From Trichosphaerium sp. ATCC 40318 (lineage: Eukaryota; Protista; Tubulinea): a stretch of DNA of 64,000 nt. Shown here piece by piece: positions 39,269 through 52,648 of this stretch (its first letter is position 1; every line of letters begins with the position of its first letter). The stretch lies in NCBI GenBank assembly GCA_038496445.1, contig JALMLS010000093.1, forward strand, positions 558,001 through 622,000, written 5' to 3'. The position numbers were made by a program, and so were the translations under genes. The notes beneath the pieces were generated by a model. It saw nothing but the letters and a program-made list of their open reading frames with translations. It was not told the DNA's origin and did not search any database.

Positions 39269-42200
39269 ATGGCTTCTGAAATGTCATATAATATTCGGGG
39301 TATAACCGTACAGTTCCCTTACCACGCATACCAGACCCAATTGGATTATATGGATAAAGTAAGCTTGTTTTTTTGTGAAAGTGCGCTGTTATTGATTATT
39401 TACGCAGGTTATCGAGGCTCTACAAACTGTAAGTCAACTTCAAGGAATTACAAAATCAATTGGCGCCATTCGGTTCCTAAACGGGTTTTTTCTGTCTCAA
39501 TGCGCTAACAGACGCCGTAGAAAAACAATGCGCTGTTAGAATCGCCAACCGGCACAGGAAAAACGTTATGTCTATTATGCGCGACGTTAGCGTGGCAGAC
39601 GCATTATAGACAACAAATCATTGAAGCAACGAGTCAATTGGGTAGCAGTCATGATAATTTGGTACAAATAAGCTGTAAACGCTTAAAAAAATCGTGATAA
39701 AAGTTTGTTACTGTATTCATGATTGATAGATCATTTTTTTTTTTTGAATTCAAAACAAAACAGTATCATGATGTGTCTAATTTTGTGCAAGTTACCTGAT
39801 GGCATAGAACAGTTGAAGGTTCCTCTCATAATATATGCTACAAGGTAGGTACTCATACATGATTTTTATTCGAAAAATTATACAATGTGCAATCACGTGA
39901 CCCTGTAAACCAAATTTTATTTTGCTTATTTTGAATAAAAAATAGAACCTGATAAAGCTTGTTTTTCTTCTGATCAATACATTTAGAACGCACTCGCAAC
40001 TTGCCCAGGTATTGAGTGAATTGAAAACAACAAAATATAAGTACGTCGCATTGTGATTGCCCTGTAAAAACCGGTCCATTAATTAGTTATAGAGTCAAAT
40101 CATGTGTTCTTGGAAGTAGGCAACAAATGTGCATCCATCCTGTCGTGTCTGTTCAAAAATCCACTGCACAGAGTAATATGTGTAGACAACATGTTCGCCA
40201 AAGCAAGTGCACATACTATGATACTGTGGAAAGTATGGCAATAAATTAATTTGCAGAACAAATATAGGAACTAACAAATTGTAATAGGTGTCAAGGATGA
40301 TATCGAATTTAGATCAGAGATACTTGACATTGAAGATCTCATAAGCCTTGGCTCTGAGGTATGTAGTTTTTTGAGATTAGATAATAAAGTCACGTGATTA
40401 TTATTTCTTGAAACTAAGTATGGCGTTAATTTTTAGAAATCAGCGTGTCCGTACTATCTATCAAAGACAATGCAGGAGGCATCTTCTATTGCATTTATGC
40501 CTTATAATTACATTGTTGATCCTAAAATCCGAAAAACTCTTAAACAGCTTGACCTGGAAGACGCTATTCTTATTTTTGATGAAGCTCACAATTTGGTACG
40601 CATATTTTCGCATGTTTATGAAAACAGCAAGATTTAGAAGGACTTATCATTTCTTTTTTTTCAGGAAGATGTTTGTACTTCTGTATCGAGTTTTGAGATC
40701 ACAACTCAAAATCTTCGTGAGTGCCTATCAGATGTTGAGAGATGTGAGAAACTCGTAAAGGATGATAGTATTTATGATATTGATCCGAAGGAGATTAAGA
40801 AACTAAAAAGCACGTGCTTGATTTTACTTGAACACCTTGAAAGGATTTTTCTAATCTTGTTGTTCAAATAGCTGTCTTAACTCGGTTTACTGAATTACTT
40901 GATACATTACAGTTACCCAAATCTGGGCTTACAAATGATGGGAAGTATATGTATGAAATATTTGAAGCGATATCAGTCAGCAGTGAAACATCAGCGCAGA
41001 TCATGCAGCTCATAGAGCAGATTGAAGTCATACTTACTAATGGTAATTTTGCTCTCATACATGTTCTCACTAGTCTTATAATGTCCAGGAGAGGTATCTA
41101 CATACAGGTCACGATCTCTGGCATTATTTGCACAGATATTGAAAGTACTGTTTAATGAAGAGAATCCAACAAACGAAAAAGATATGGCGGATAGTTTTAA
41201 AGTATATAACATCGATTTTTTTATTATTGTTTTTTGTTTGCTTATGTTGTCATACAGGTCCATATTCAAAACAAAACAAAGCCCCCAAGAGGTAGACTTC
41301 AAACAACTACAACGTTGAGAACGCTTAACTTTTGGTGTTTTAACCCTGGTATTGCTCTTCAAGGTCTAAAAGATGCAGGTACTAAACACCTTTTTATTTT
41401 TTAGTGGATTTAACATACCGTTCTAGGCATAAGAAATATACTATTGACAAGCGGTACTTTATCACCTATGGACTCTTTTGAGCAGTCTTTTAATTTGTAC
41501 AAGAGATATTACTTGTTTTTAAGTAAACTAACAAACCTAGAAAGTTCCCAGTTCGTATTGAAAACCCACATATTATTTCAAAAAAGCAAATTTGGTAAAG
41601 CAATCACTTAGTCCTCTTCGCTTCTCATTATTCTTCCCAGGGTTAGTACTATTACAAAAGGTCCTCAAGGTATGACTTTGAACTCTTCTCATAAAACGAG
41701 AAGTTCTCCTGATTACAAAAGAGATCTGGGAAACCTGTTAGGTAAGCCACTTTAACAATGTGATTAAGACTTACTTCCAACAGTGAATATTAGTCGTATA
41801 GTTCCTCATGGGTTACTCGTATTCTTTCCTTCTTATAAAACACTGATGGAAGCTATTGATTTTTGGAAAGGTCCTATCCGATATGATAGCGATGAAACAC
41901 TATGGTCAATGATTACGCATCACAAACAAGTATAGCATAGTCTATTGTTTCAATATGTTTTTACAAAGAAATTAAACTTGTTTAGCCTGTGATTGAGCCA
42001 CGTGTGTCATCTCAGTTGACTCACGCCATGGATGACTTTTATGCAAAAGTACGAGATCCTGATTTCAATGGCGCAATATTCTTTGCTGTATGTCGAGGAA
42101 AGGTAAAGCTCTACTATGTTAAGCGAATTGAAACGCTAACTTTTCAATAAGGTGAGTGAAGGACTTGATTTCAAAGATAATAACGGACGAGCAGTCGTTG

Positions 42201-43825
42201 TTACAGGCCTACCATTTCCTAATTTAGCCGATCCATTTATAATTGAAAAGCGTAAGTGGCTGGATAAGATTGCTTTACAGCGAAGAATAAAAAAACTAAA
42301 ACCAGTTTTTGATGGCAATATGTGGTATGAACAAAGTGCTCTTCGTGCTGTGAACCAAGCCATAGGTATGAAATAATGCATTAGTCCTTCTCTAACGCTT
42401 AAAAAGGACGTGTCATACGCCATAAAGGAGATCATGCAGCTATTATATTGGCTGATAGACGATTTCAATTCAACACTAAAAATCTTTCTTCTTGGATTAG
42501 ACCTCATATTAAAGTTTATGATAAGTCATTTGGAAGTTTTGTCCAAGGATTATCAGGATTCTTTAAAGAGTGTGCAAAGCGTAACAAAGACCTTGGCATT
42601 AACCAAAATAATGGCACGTGATTCTAACAAAAAGAACGTTTGTTAAGGTTTAAAACTTGGTAAATTGTTTGTGGACATGCTTGTTCTCCAGCAAGCTACT
42701 TTTATTCCATACTTTTAACCTCCCTACAACGTTACATTTCTTCTTGGTTGAGAACTGTAGGAATTCATTTGGTTTTTTGTTGAGCGACAGCGTCCAAGCG
42801 AACTTAGTCGAGAGCTTGCTTTGTGTTTTCATTTCTCGTGACTTATTATTTTTATAGTTCCTAATGTCCGTAAACTAATACAACAACAAAACAAGAACCA
42901 ACCATCTCTTTTTGATCGTGTAAAAGGAGCACCTGAAAGACAACATCAACAACAACAACAAGAACAAGAAGAAGATGATGAACAAGCAAAGAAAAAAGCA
43001 AAACGGAATAGGGAAGCATACAAATTAGTCTATTTTGCTAAAAAGAATATGCCAAGAAAGCAATACCTTGAATGGCTTTCGTTAATGAAAAGATTTAAGA
43101 GCAAAGAACTAACAATAAGAGAATTTTTGAATTCTTATTTCAACCTTGATTATGATGGTGAAGAAGAAGCTAAAGATACTATAATTAGAGGATTTAAGGT
43201 ATTTGTACCTTCTAAATATCATAATCTTTATGATAAACTATTGGCTGAGAAGATGGAAGAACAAGAAACAAAGAAAAGTGATTCTGACTCTGATGGCAAT
43301 GATGAAATTATTGAGGATGTTGAAGATGATGTTGAAGTTAAGGTTTCTCCTGGTAAACGGAAGAGACTTGATGAAGATAATACAGAAACTGTTGAGGGAA
43401 GTTCTAATGATACAACAGGTCATAAGAAATCAAAGAGACGTGTTTCATATGACTTGATTAGTGGTACTCCTGTAAAAGCAAAAAACTTACCAAAGGTTGA
43501 TAAAACAGCAAACTCTGAAATGAATTTTGGTAATCGTCTCATCAAGAAGAACTCCAGTAAGCCTGAGTTGAGTCCTACATTATCAGATCTTGGTATAGGT
43601 ACACATAAACAATAATATGGGACTTTCTTTAACTAAAGATTATTAGGTACATCAAAAATGAAGTGTCCTATTTGTCAAAGAGTTTGTAAGGATCCTTTTA
43701 AATCAAAATGTGGACATATATGTTGTTTGACTTGTTGGAAAGAATGGCTTAATACAAAACTTCAGTGTCCTATTTGTAGGGAGCGTACACGGATGAAAAA
43801 CTTAAAACAAGCTTATTTCATGTGA
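39269..43825 (+). CDS. RTEL1: RTEL1-like Fe-S DEAH helicase (XPD family) with C-terminal helical domain and C3HC4 RING
   Basis: [42 protein letters not shown], four Fe-S Cys (QMCIH, NMC, KCTYY, ACPYY), [62 protein letters not shown]. Confidence 0.92.
40810..40871 (+). other. GC-AG intron in RTEL1
   Basis: Frame continuity IKKLK(T)VLTRFTELL is obtained with the donor gcacgt at 40810, the GC version of the dominant gtacgt, and the acceptor aaatag at 40871. Confidence 0.65.
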
Positions 43826-44447
43826 AAAAAAAAAAGCTAATTATGTAATGAACCAAAGCTTGTTTACATAGTTGTAATGTGATATAAAAAAAATTGGTTT
43901 GCTGTAACAGTTTATTGAATTTAAGATCCTCGTGGAATGTAACAGCACCAAAAACGCTACCAACACACGTTGTATTGTTGCTTGTGACTATTGTAGCAGT
44001 CAGCCAATATTATCAAGTTAACTTTACTACTATTATCAGTTGCAAATAACTTGGCTACTTGGTCCCCAAAATGGCAATGCTAAAAAACTGCAATTGCCTC
44101 CTAAAATAATCTAATGCCAGGACATCTACTATGACAAGAGTTTTAGAATCGAAACGCTATAGTTCCATTCAGTTTCAACTCAGCAATACATCATCTGTAA
44201 CATTAACAACATAGCCATAAGTGCAATGTATTGCGCTGTGGAAAATTGTCGAGGTATTGTCAGTGTAGAAGACTGGAGTAGATTTTTGGCGTGACTAAAC
44301 TGCCGGCTGTTACTTAACACGTGACTGAACAAAAGCCCCAATATTCGATAGTTCACCTTTGGATGGCAACAAAACGCAAGGTACTTTGTGTAAATGTAGC
44401 ATCCGTTAATCTCACAACCATGATATAGCTACATACCTCGAAAGGAG

Positions 44448-45386
44448 ATGACGTATGTACCGTGTTTACCTAAAACGCGTCTATTACACCTCCCAGTTGA
44501 GTTACACCGCGAAATGTGCGATTTTGACCTTGAAGTGCATTTAAAATGGCCGCTCTTGTCTAAACATACAGCGACAACGACGAGGTTCGACGCTGACTTA
44601 GAGAAACACGGTGAATGGATAAAACAACGATTTATCGACGAAAAATCAAAGTCACGAAGAATTTTTGGTCTAGTTCATTGGAGACATGGTAAACGTCACG
44701 GCGCATCCACACATTGGTATAAGAACTGTCAAATTGGATGTCTGTGCCATTTCGTCAATGATAAGCTAGAAGGAGAGGTAAAGCATTGGCATGGCAATGG
44801 TTCATTACTCACAAAGACTCATTGTCGAAATGGTATATTTGATGGCGAGCACAGTGAGTGGCATGCTAACGGAAAATTGTCAAAACACTTCCTGTATGTC
44901 AAAGGCAGAATTGAAGGAGAGCGCAAGGAGTGGCATGACAACGGACAACTTAAAGCTAAGAGTATGTTTGTCGGTGATAAACAAAATGGTGAATACAAAA
45001 AGTGGTTTAGGAATGGACAGTTGGAAGAAGAGTCATATTTTGTCAATGGTAAAAAAGAAGGAGAAGCCAGAATGTGGTTTTATCATGGACAACTGCGCAG
45101 ACACTGCCATTACGTCAACGGCAAACTGGAAGGAGATAACACGGAGTGGCATGCCAATGGGCAAATAGATCTGCGCTGCCGTTTTGTCAATGATAAGCTA
45201 GATGGAGAGGTTATGTCATGGTATGATAATGGTAATATAAACGATCAATATACTTGTGTCAACGGTAAGATTGAAGGAGAGTACAAGAAGTTTCATTTCC
45301 GAAGAGGACTGATAGAGCATCTTAACTATGTCGGAGGTGAGGAAACTCACAATTACTTTGACGCTTTTCTGGCCTACGAACAGTGA
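44448..45386 (+). CDS. F-box-like + MORN-variant repeat protein, paralogue of 29187-30067
   Basis: LLHLPVELHREMCDFD..WPLLSKHTATTTRFD..L.KHG.W..., VHWRHGKRHG, then about nine 24-aa repeats of the form VNGKxEGExxxWxxNGQL. Confidence 0.9.
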   Translation: MTYVPCLPKTRLLHLPVELHREMCDFDLEVHLKWPLLSKHTATTTRFDADLEKHGEWIKQRFIDEKSKSRRIFGLVHWRHGKRHGASTHWYKNCQIGCLCHFVNDKLEGEVKHWHGNGSLLTKTHCRNGIFDGEHSEWHANGKLSKHFLYVKGRIEGERKEWHDNGQLKAKSMFVGDKQNGEYKKWFRNGQLEEESYFVNGKKEGEARMWFYHGQLRRHCHYVNGKLEGDNTEWHANGQIDLRCRFVNDKLDGEVMSWYDNGNINDQYTCVNGKIEGEYKKFHFRRGLIEHLNYVGGEETHNYFDAFLAYEQ

Positions 45387-45657
45387 CGCAAATACTTATT
45401 AAACCTACTAAACAAAGGAAGTGTCGTTTTGTTGACACGTGCGCGTGGATTTTTGATTTTGTTAATTGTTACAGTACACAAATGTACATGCATCTATTTT
45501 TAAAGCCTTCATCATTGCCTTTGTTTTAAGTGGTCATACGCCTGTGCGCTCAATGTGACTGTGGTTCACAGTTGGTACACCAATGATTATGGCGACTTAA
45601 AAATACCACGTGATTCCAAAAAAATCTTGCCGAGTCAAAGATAACATAAAACCTGCA

Positions 45658-48138
45658 ATGCTACAGTATTTGTTAGTGCTCCTGATAGGTTCCGATACCC
45701 CTCATATGTGAGATTCAACACTGATGATATTATTTTAGGGCTTGATATAGTCATAGAAGCGAGTCAATGCTCTACATATATTTCCGTTGATGGCTCTGAC
45801 TATTCAGGCAAAGGAACGATAATAAGTCCATTCGCTACTCTAGAAAAAGCAATATCAAGTGCAGATCTGGCAAACTCACGTATTATCGTTTGTATAGGCG
45901 GTACGTCTCACTAAAAACAATACTAGCGCGTAATAAATACATCTGCTAGCCGGTGAATACAATCTTCAAAAAGTCAAAATAATGACTAATAAAACTGTTG
46001 TTTTACGTGGCTATGAGTCCGTTGCACCTACCAACAGTCATCCGTGGGTGAGTTAAAAAAAATCAATGAAGTTGTAACACGGGAGTACTAATAAGTTCCG
46101 TAGCTCATAAAAACGAATGGGAGGTTAGAAATTGAAGGTAACAGACACCACCGGAGAAACAAAGTCTTTTTTGTTTTCCACTAGAAAATCGTTACCTAAC
46201 AGCTTTTTTTTCACGTTAGGTGTTTCTACTAGCTTTCAGATACAGTCGAGAGATATTGTTGTCAAGAATTGTGACTTTATAAACGCCTCATGTAAGTTTA
46301 ACATTTTTATTCGAAAAAGGTTCCCTCCACGCGTGGAATTAAATAATTATCACGTGCGGAGCAAGTAGAATTCACGTGACATGTTTTTTTTTTTCACATG
46401 TAATTCGTTAATTGGTTTTAATACTTCATTCCTCCGAGGTTTAATGACTTTGTTGTAGTTAAAGCCAACGCCCAAGGGAATGATTCTTTGATACTTCAGA
46501 ATGTTACGTTCTATAATGGAACTATGTATGTCGGGTCATTCAAAAACGTATCTGTTATAGACATGAACTCTACGCTTTCCTACATAAACATAAGCTGTAC
46601 GCGTCAATTTTTAAACACAGAGTTCCTTTCAATAATATGGCTTTATAGCGTTTATCATCAAATTCATCAGATTGTTTTGCACTGACCATATACACTACAT
46701 GTCCCTTCAAGCTAGTTATATCAACCTTGATGAATCTGATATCCGTTATAACAATGCAAATGTACGTCTCGTTTTTTTCTTTTTTCACAATTTGTTTTCT
46801 TTTTTTTGTTGGTTAACACTGGTCTCAACAGACTATCATATCGGCGGAGATAGTAGGAAATGCTGGAATTATTTCACGTTATTACTTACCAGGGCTGAGA
46901 ATAAATAACTGTAAATTTGAGCATAACGTTGGTCAAGTCTTTCACTTTTACTACGTACACATGTCTTTGATTATTTTTTTTATTGCTAACTTCTTAAAGA
47001 GCCATTCGTACCCAATACTATCCATAAAAAACTCTGTATTCTTTAACAACTCAGACGCTTTCATGGTACGCATTCAGACAAAAAAACATCGAAACAGCAT
47101 TTGGCCATTTATTGTTTGTCTGCGCCTGTTGACTTTCTTGTAGGCCGATCGTTATTTCCCTCCTGTCTACATAAGCTATTTTCATCCTCCTCATATAAGA
47201 CAAACGTATAGAAATAACAAACTGGATTCAAGAGGTACAAGTCTTTGTTACATATACATTTGTGCTTATTTCAACTTCTAGTAACGTGCCATCCTGGCAC
47301 TGCAAGTGCAAATCACATGATAGCATGTCCACCTTGTGGAAGAGGTTTTTACTCTTTTAACATGGGAGCAAAGTCTCAATGTTTACCTTGTCCTTCAGGT
47401 TAGTACTTCTAAAGCGAGCGTATCACCATTCTATGCCAATAGCATACAATCCATTCATTTTCCTTACCTCTCATTCAAGGAACCTTTGGTCGAAAAAGAG
47501 GATTACAGCAATGTCAACAGTGTCCTGCAAATACCTTTGCATCACGGTAAGCATGAGAAGTTATAATTGAAGTTTTTCCGTTTTGAGTACTAAGAAGTTT
47601 CTGATGTTTTCTCTTCTAGCACTGGTATGTATAAATGTGGTAAATGTGATAATAAAATATCCCATGTGAATGCAGCACGAACTAAATGTATATGTAATAC
47701 AGGTACGTTTTAATAAAATCGAGCTCAGGAGGAGTTTTGTTATTACTTTTTTTTGTAAGAAAAAAACCTAACCAAAATCTTTGTTTTTGATTTGGCGTCA
47801 TTGTTCGCTTGTATCTAATTTCGTTTTTAGGTTACCATGTTAAAGGATTTGATTGTGTTAAATGTTATACAACTGATTATTTTACAACTTCACAATGCTT
47901 CCTGGGTACGCTTTATTCCTTCTTCTTTTTTTCTTCTTTTTTCTTCTGATTGGGTTTGTTAGTTCCTTTCCAGTATTTTTCACTTTTCGTTGCTGCATTG
48001 ATCTGTTTCTTCCTTTGGGTCATTTTCAAACCAGTATTTTGTTTTACTGGTCGCAGGAATATGAGAATTAGATACGCATTGCATGTACTAAGACAAAATA
48101 ATGAAGGAACCGATGAAGAGCAAGATGCTTTACTGTAA
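45658..48138 (+). CDS. Single-pass surface protein: DUF1565-like N-terminus, putative beta-helix, Cys-rich (TNFR/GCC2-like) repeats and TM helix
   Basis: YISVDGSDYSGKGTIISPFATLEKAI; CPPCGRGFYS..CLPCPSG..CQQCPANTF; C-terminal TM YFSLFVAALICFFLWVIF. Confidence 0.7.
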
Positions 48139-48334
48139 AATAATAACAAAAAATTTGAGATACTTCTTTATTTTTCTCTTTAAGTACTGCAGAAAAAAAA
48201 ACCATTTCACATCTTACAGCTAAGTAACAACATGTACCACGCTCGAGCTTGAAATAGAAGGCCTTAAAAAATAAGAGGTTAAGTTTGGGTGCTACTTTTG
48301 CGACAGCAGGACAAGAGCACTTACCAAGATCAAT

Positions 48335-49684
48335 TTAAACAAAAGACACGTGCTGGATTATATCTTCAGTGAATACACGAAGTAAATCACGTATAGATTG
48401 TCCGACTATTAGTTGGGTTATTATACGATTGGCACTCCATGCTAGCTAAAGGGGACGTGTTAGTAGGTATTTTTCAGTTAGGTTAGTATTGCAACTTGCA
48501 ATTGATGTGCTTTTTGTTGTTTCAATGTTTTTCTTTTATTTATTTTACACAATCATAGCTAAAGCACTGGCTCCTCAATATACGATGATGTTGAACGCAT
48601 AATCAGCTCTACGCAAATTGAAATCTACATGATTCTGATTGCAGAGTATTCAGAAAGGTGTTGTTAAAGTCCAAAGTAGCTCGCTTTATTCAGAATACTC
48701 TGTAATCAGCTGATTGTACAAGTTTACAAAACAACAATCATCAACCTATCGAGTAGTGAGTCACAGACGGCCAATGTAGCGCACGCAGTGTTCAGCACTT
48801 GAAGCTTACACCTGATAACCGTCATTATCAACAATCTCGCATAGTGAGCCACAAACAGCATTATTGTGTAAAAGTTGGGATCAAATAACAATCAAGCACA
48901 AAACTCAGCAATTGGTTATCATGTAGATCAGATATCTAGTGTCTATAAGGCCTAGCGTTTCATGTGTATTTCAGCAGAATAAATTGATTTAAAACCCACA
49001 GTAATAGCGAATGGCTTTTAACTGAGGGACCCTTAAGATCTGATTGCTCACCTTTTATTTTGCCTTGAACATACTGTGCACAAAGCTGTCCATTCCCATT
49101 CCATTTTTTATACTCACCATGTTTCTGACGCTATCTTTGGCGATTAATAAAACAAATATGGTTTGGGTTTTTAAAATCAGGTGGAGTGCAAATTATGTTA
49201 CAGCAGTAAAATAAGAACTGAAAAAAAATTAAAAAGAATTAAAATTATGACTGTGACTGACGTAATGAGAATGTACTTTCTCATTTTGACTTTCCTTTAC
49301 TCAACTGGCATACAAGCGAGGGTTTGTTCAGTGCTTAGCGAAATAACTTAAAAATATTCGCGACTAAAGTTGGTACTGATATGTAGGGACGTGTATGTAC
49401 GTACTTCCAAAAGTTAAATTCTATCTTGATTAAGCAAAAGTATTCTCCCTTGGTGAGGACACGGTATTTTTGTTTGTTTTCATTCCGATGCACTACCTAG
49501 GTTAGGCCGCTGGGGTTTTTTTTTGGGTCACCAAAAAAGTAACCTATGATCACCGATGCAAGCACCCTGATAGAGTTGTTACTTTTTTTATTTCTTGGTG
49601 TTTGAGACTGCGATGTCTACTTTCATCGGCCACTACGAAAGCTTTGTGGTCGTACGACAAATCACCAACTACTGACACATCCAT
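48335..49684 (-). CDS. Unresolved spliced locus, possibly a divergent gene or pseudogene
   Basis: Minus-strand exon-like pieces (MDVSVVGDLSYDHK...EIKK|VVHRNENK...FNFW and LAWSANRIITQLIVGQSIRDLLRVF) with good donors and branch/acceptor sites. No single open model found. Confidence 0.3.
48635..48709. repeat. Hairpin with a 17-bp stem
   Basis: ctgattgcagagtattc (48635-48651) pairs with gaatactctgtaatcag (48693-48709), with one G-U pair. Confidence 0.8.
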
Positions 49685-49965
49685 GATTGTGACACCTAGC
49701 CAACCACTGACGCACCTACAAATGAAGCTCCAACCACACAACCGCCTACTACAATGTCTAAATTGCAACAAAAATTGAGAAATTGGCAATTCCAGCATAC
49801 TGCTTTACGAGCATAAATTTGTCACTATGGGGCTTTATAATACTTTTTTATTATGGAAACTACACTATTATTGTATATATGAAAGAAACCTACCATGGAG
49901 AAAAAAGTAAGTGGGCGAAGCTCAAAACGAAAGTGTTTAAGTCACACATCAGTTTTTTTTTATTT

Positions 49966-52224
49966 TTATCCAAATAGGTCATCTGCTTCACTGTTGTCGC
50001 CAAAAGAATTCACGAAGCTATTAACGTCAAACTTCGAAAAATCTTTATCATCCTTCTTGTCAGCACCTCCTGACTTCTTTTTACCTGTTTATTTTCTCAA
50101 GTCAGTTAAAAACGAAAAAAAGAAGAATAAAAGGAGAAACCTAGAATTGAAAACAAATCATCGTCACTATCATCGTCTAAATCTCCAAAAAGTGATGAAG
50201 ATGTATCTTTTGTTTTTGTATCATTTGCATCTGAGAAAAGCGATTTCTTTTTCTTTGGTGGTGTTCTAGGTTGTCTCTCGGGTTCTGAAGAAAAAAAAAA
50301 TTAACAAGCAAAAAACTACAGGTTCAAATCGTTCAAATTTTTCACTTTTCATTGGACCCCCCTTGTAAATACTGTATCTTATAAGATCAATAATGCGTAA
50401 AGGGTTTTATGTGGGCAGGGGTGAAAAAATATAGTAGGACTTGAACGAATAGATGTGTACTCACTTTGTTCCTTTTTTGGTTTTGGCTTGAACAATTCTT
50501 GAGTTTCATCATCGCCTCTATAAATAATATAAGTACACTCACATATTAAAATTTATAACCGCGCGTACAAATTAAACAATGATCTGTCAATAGTGTCTTT
50601 GACAGGCTCAATATCTGTGAATTTTTGTTCACCAAAAAGTGTCGTTTCCGACTTTGTCTCTAATGTAGGGGCAATATCATACTCTAGAAGAACCATTTAG
50701 TGACAAGAAAGCAATGCAATTATATGTATAAACATAGAAAGATTACTAACCTCTTTGTGGTACATCCTCAAACGTCATGTCTTCTTCTTCTTTTTTGTCC
50801 TTCAAAAGAAAATAAGTACTTCTTAACACAGCCAAAAGTAGCTCATTACCCCTTCAGTTTCAGGCTCTTTAGTCTCTGGTGCTGGCTCCTCTTTCACTGG
50901 TTCCTCTTTAACAGGTTCAGCAGGTTTTTCTTTTTCAGCTTGAGCCTCTTTTTGTTTCTTTTGTGCTTCAGCTTCCTTTAAAAAATATCATGAGTTTTTA
51001 ACAACAAACCGCTTTCAATGAAGAACGTACAGCTTTCTTTTCTTCTAGTCTCTTTTTCCTATCTTCCTCACGTTTTTTCTTTTTCTCTTCTTGTATTTTC
51101 TTCTTCTCTTCTTGCTGTTTTTTCTTTTCCGCAGCCTTTTTCTCACGTGCTTCAGCGATAGCTTGCTTTCTTGCTTTTTCTAAAACCAGTATAGTGTCAG
51201 AAAAGTTGAGTTCTTTGAGTTACAAATCGTCGGTTTAGTATCACGTGCCTTGCTCCAACTTTTCTTTTTCTTGCTTCTCTTTATGTTCTTCAATTCGTTT
51301 AAGCCTTGCTTCTTTTTCTTGGGCCACCCTTGCTTTTTCTTTCTATTCAAGAATGACGAATTTAAAAAAACAAAACAAGATCATTGCTAAATCACTCGTC
51401 CACACGCTGGGTACCTCAATCTTTTCTCTTCTGATCTGAGCAGCATCAGGCTTTGGTGCTAATTGATCTTTTCTCCAATCAGCAGCTGCAGTGCGCTGTT
51501 CTTCTGTTATCTCTCTGCAAACAAAGTCAACAAAAAACAGAAAAATTAGTTCCTGTCACAAGCTTTTGAGAAATAATAATACGGTTCTAAATCGCTTACA
51601 CATCATCAAGTACTTCCAAGGATGGGTAAATCAATATAATCTAAGCGTTGATGAATAAAATCGTTCATCCAAACTGAAATCTGCCAAGAATAATTTTGTT
51701 GTTTAGACAGTAGGTTATCGTACCTTATGGCGGTATGTAGTAGATCGACAGACTTGATTTCCGGTTAAGTTTAAGGATTTTAGATTAGGCGCGTCAAATA
51801 GGCCTAGTTCGCGTAAGTTAGGATTAATTAGATGTTTCGAGGCGATTTTAAACTTGTTAGATGGTACAAACCATTTCTCCGCTACAAACTTTTGAAACGA
51901 TATGACTTACCTTTAATATGCTTCATTAAACGTATGCGATTATTGCTAGCGCGTTTGTCAAAATTACGACTTTTCTGTGTACAATGCGGTACCTCAAATC
52001 AACATGCTCTAGCGCTACAAGCTTTGAAAAAGTGCCAACCTGGTGTCATTAGATATTTTGAATAAATACGATAATAACCTCTGTTATTTGCTTCGATGAC
52101 GCATCGAGAGTAGTTAGCTATTGTTCTATTAGAATTTACTGCATTAATGACATGTTCTAACCTTTGTTGGGTCTGATCTTATTTTAAGCTTACTACGTAT
52201 ATTCTGATAGGTAAGTTTGACCAT
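49966..52224 (-). CDS. SDS22/U2A'-type LRR + LRRcap protein with charged coiled coil and acidic DLF/LFa-motif tail
   Basis: Spliced: LTTLDASSKQITEVGTFSKLVALEHVDLSNNRI...NLKSLNLTGNQVCRSTTYRHKIILIYPSLEVLDD.EITEEQR. K/E coiled coil follows. Tail SLFGDLDDDSDDDLF...EADDLFG*. Confidence 0.82.
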
Positions 52225-52648
52225 TATGAGCTGGTTTGATTGCTTTTCAAATGGGGAAAACGCCGTAAAAAGTCAATACACGACAAATTGACTTTTTTAG
52301 AAGATCAAGCTCTTTTTTATCCCTGTGTAATCTCCAAGGAAAATACCGTCATTATTATGCGTAGTACCTTTTGGATAAATCTGACCAACATACCCACGTG
52401 TATGTTGCTCACATGTATATGCCCGAAACATGAAGCCCTTGGCACACATCAATACTTACACGTAGGTTTTTCAAATTCAGTAGAAGCCATGTGTCAGTGG
52501 ACATCCGAGATTCCACGCAAAATAAATTTGTTTGGTGGCACCCTCAATTCAAAACTCAAATTCATATTGCTTACTTGGTATACAAAAAGGGTGCAACAAA
52601 GGATTTTCAAAACAAAATTTTTTTTTTTGTTTTTTTTTTTTTTTTTTT

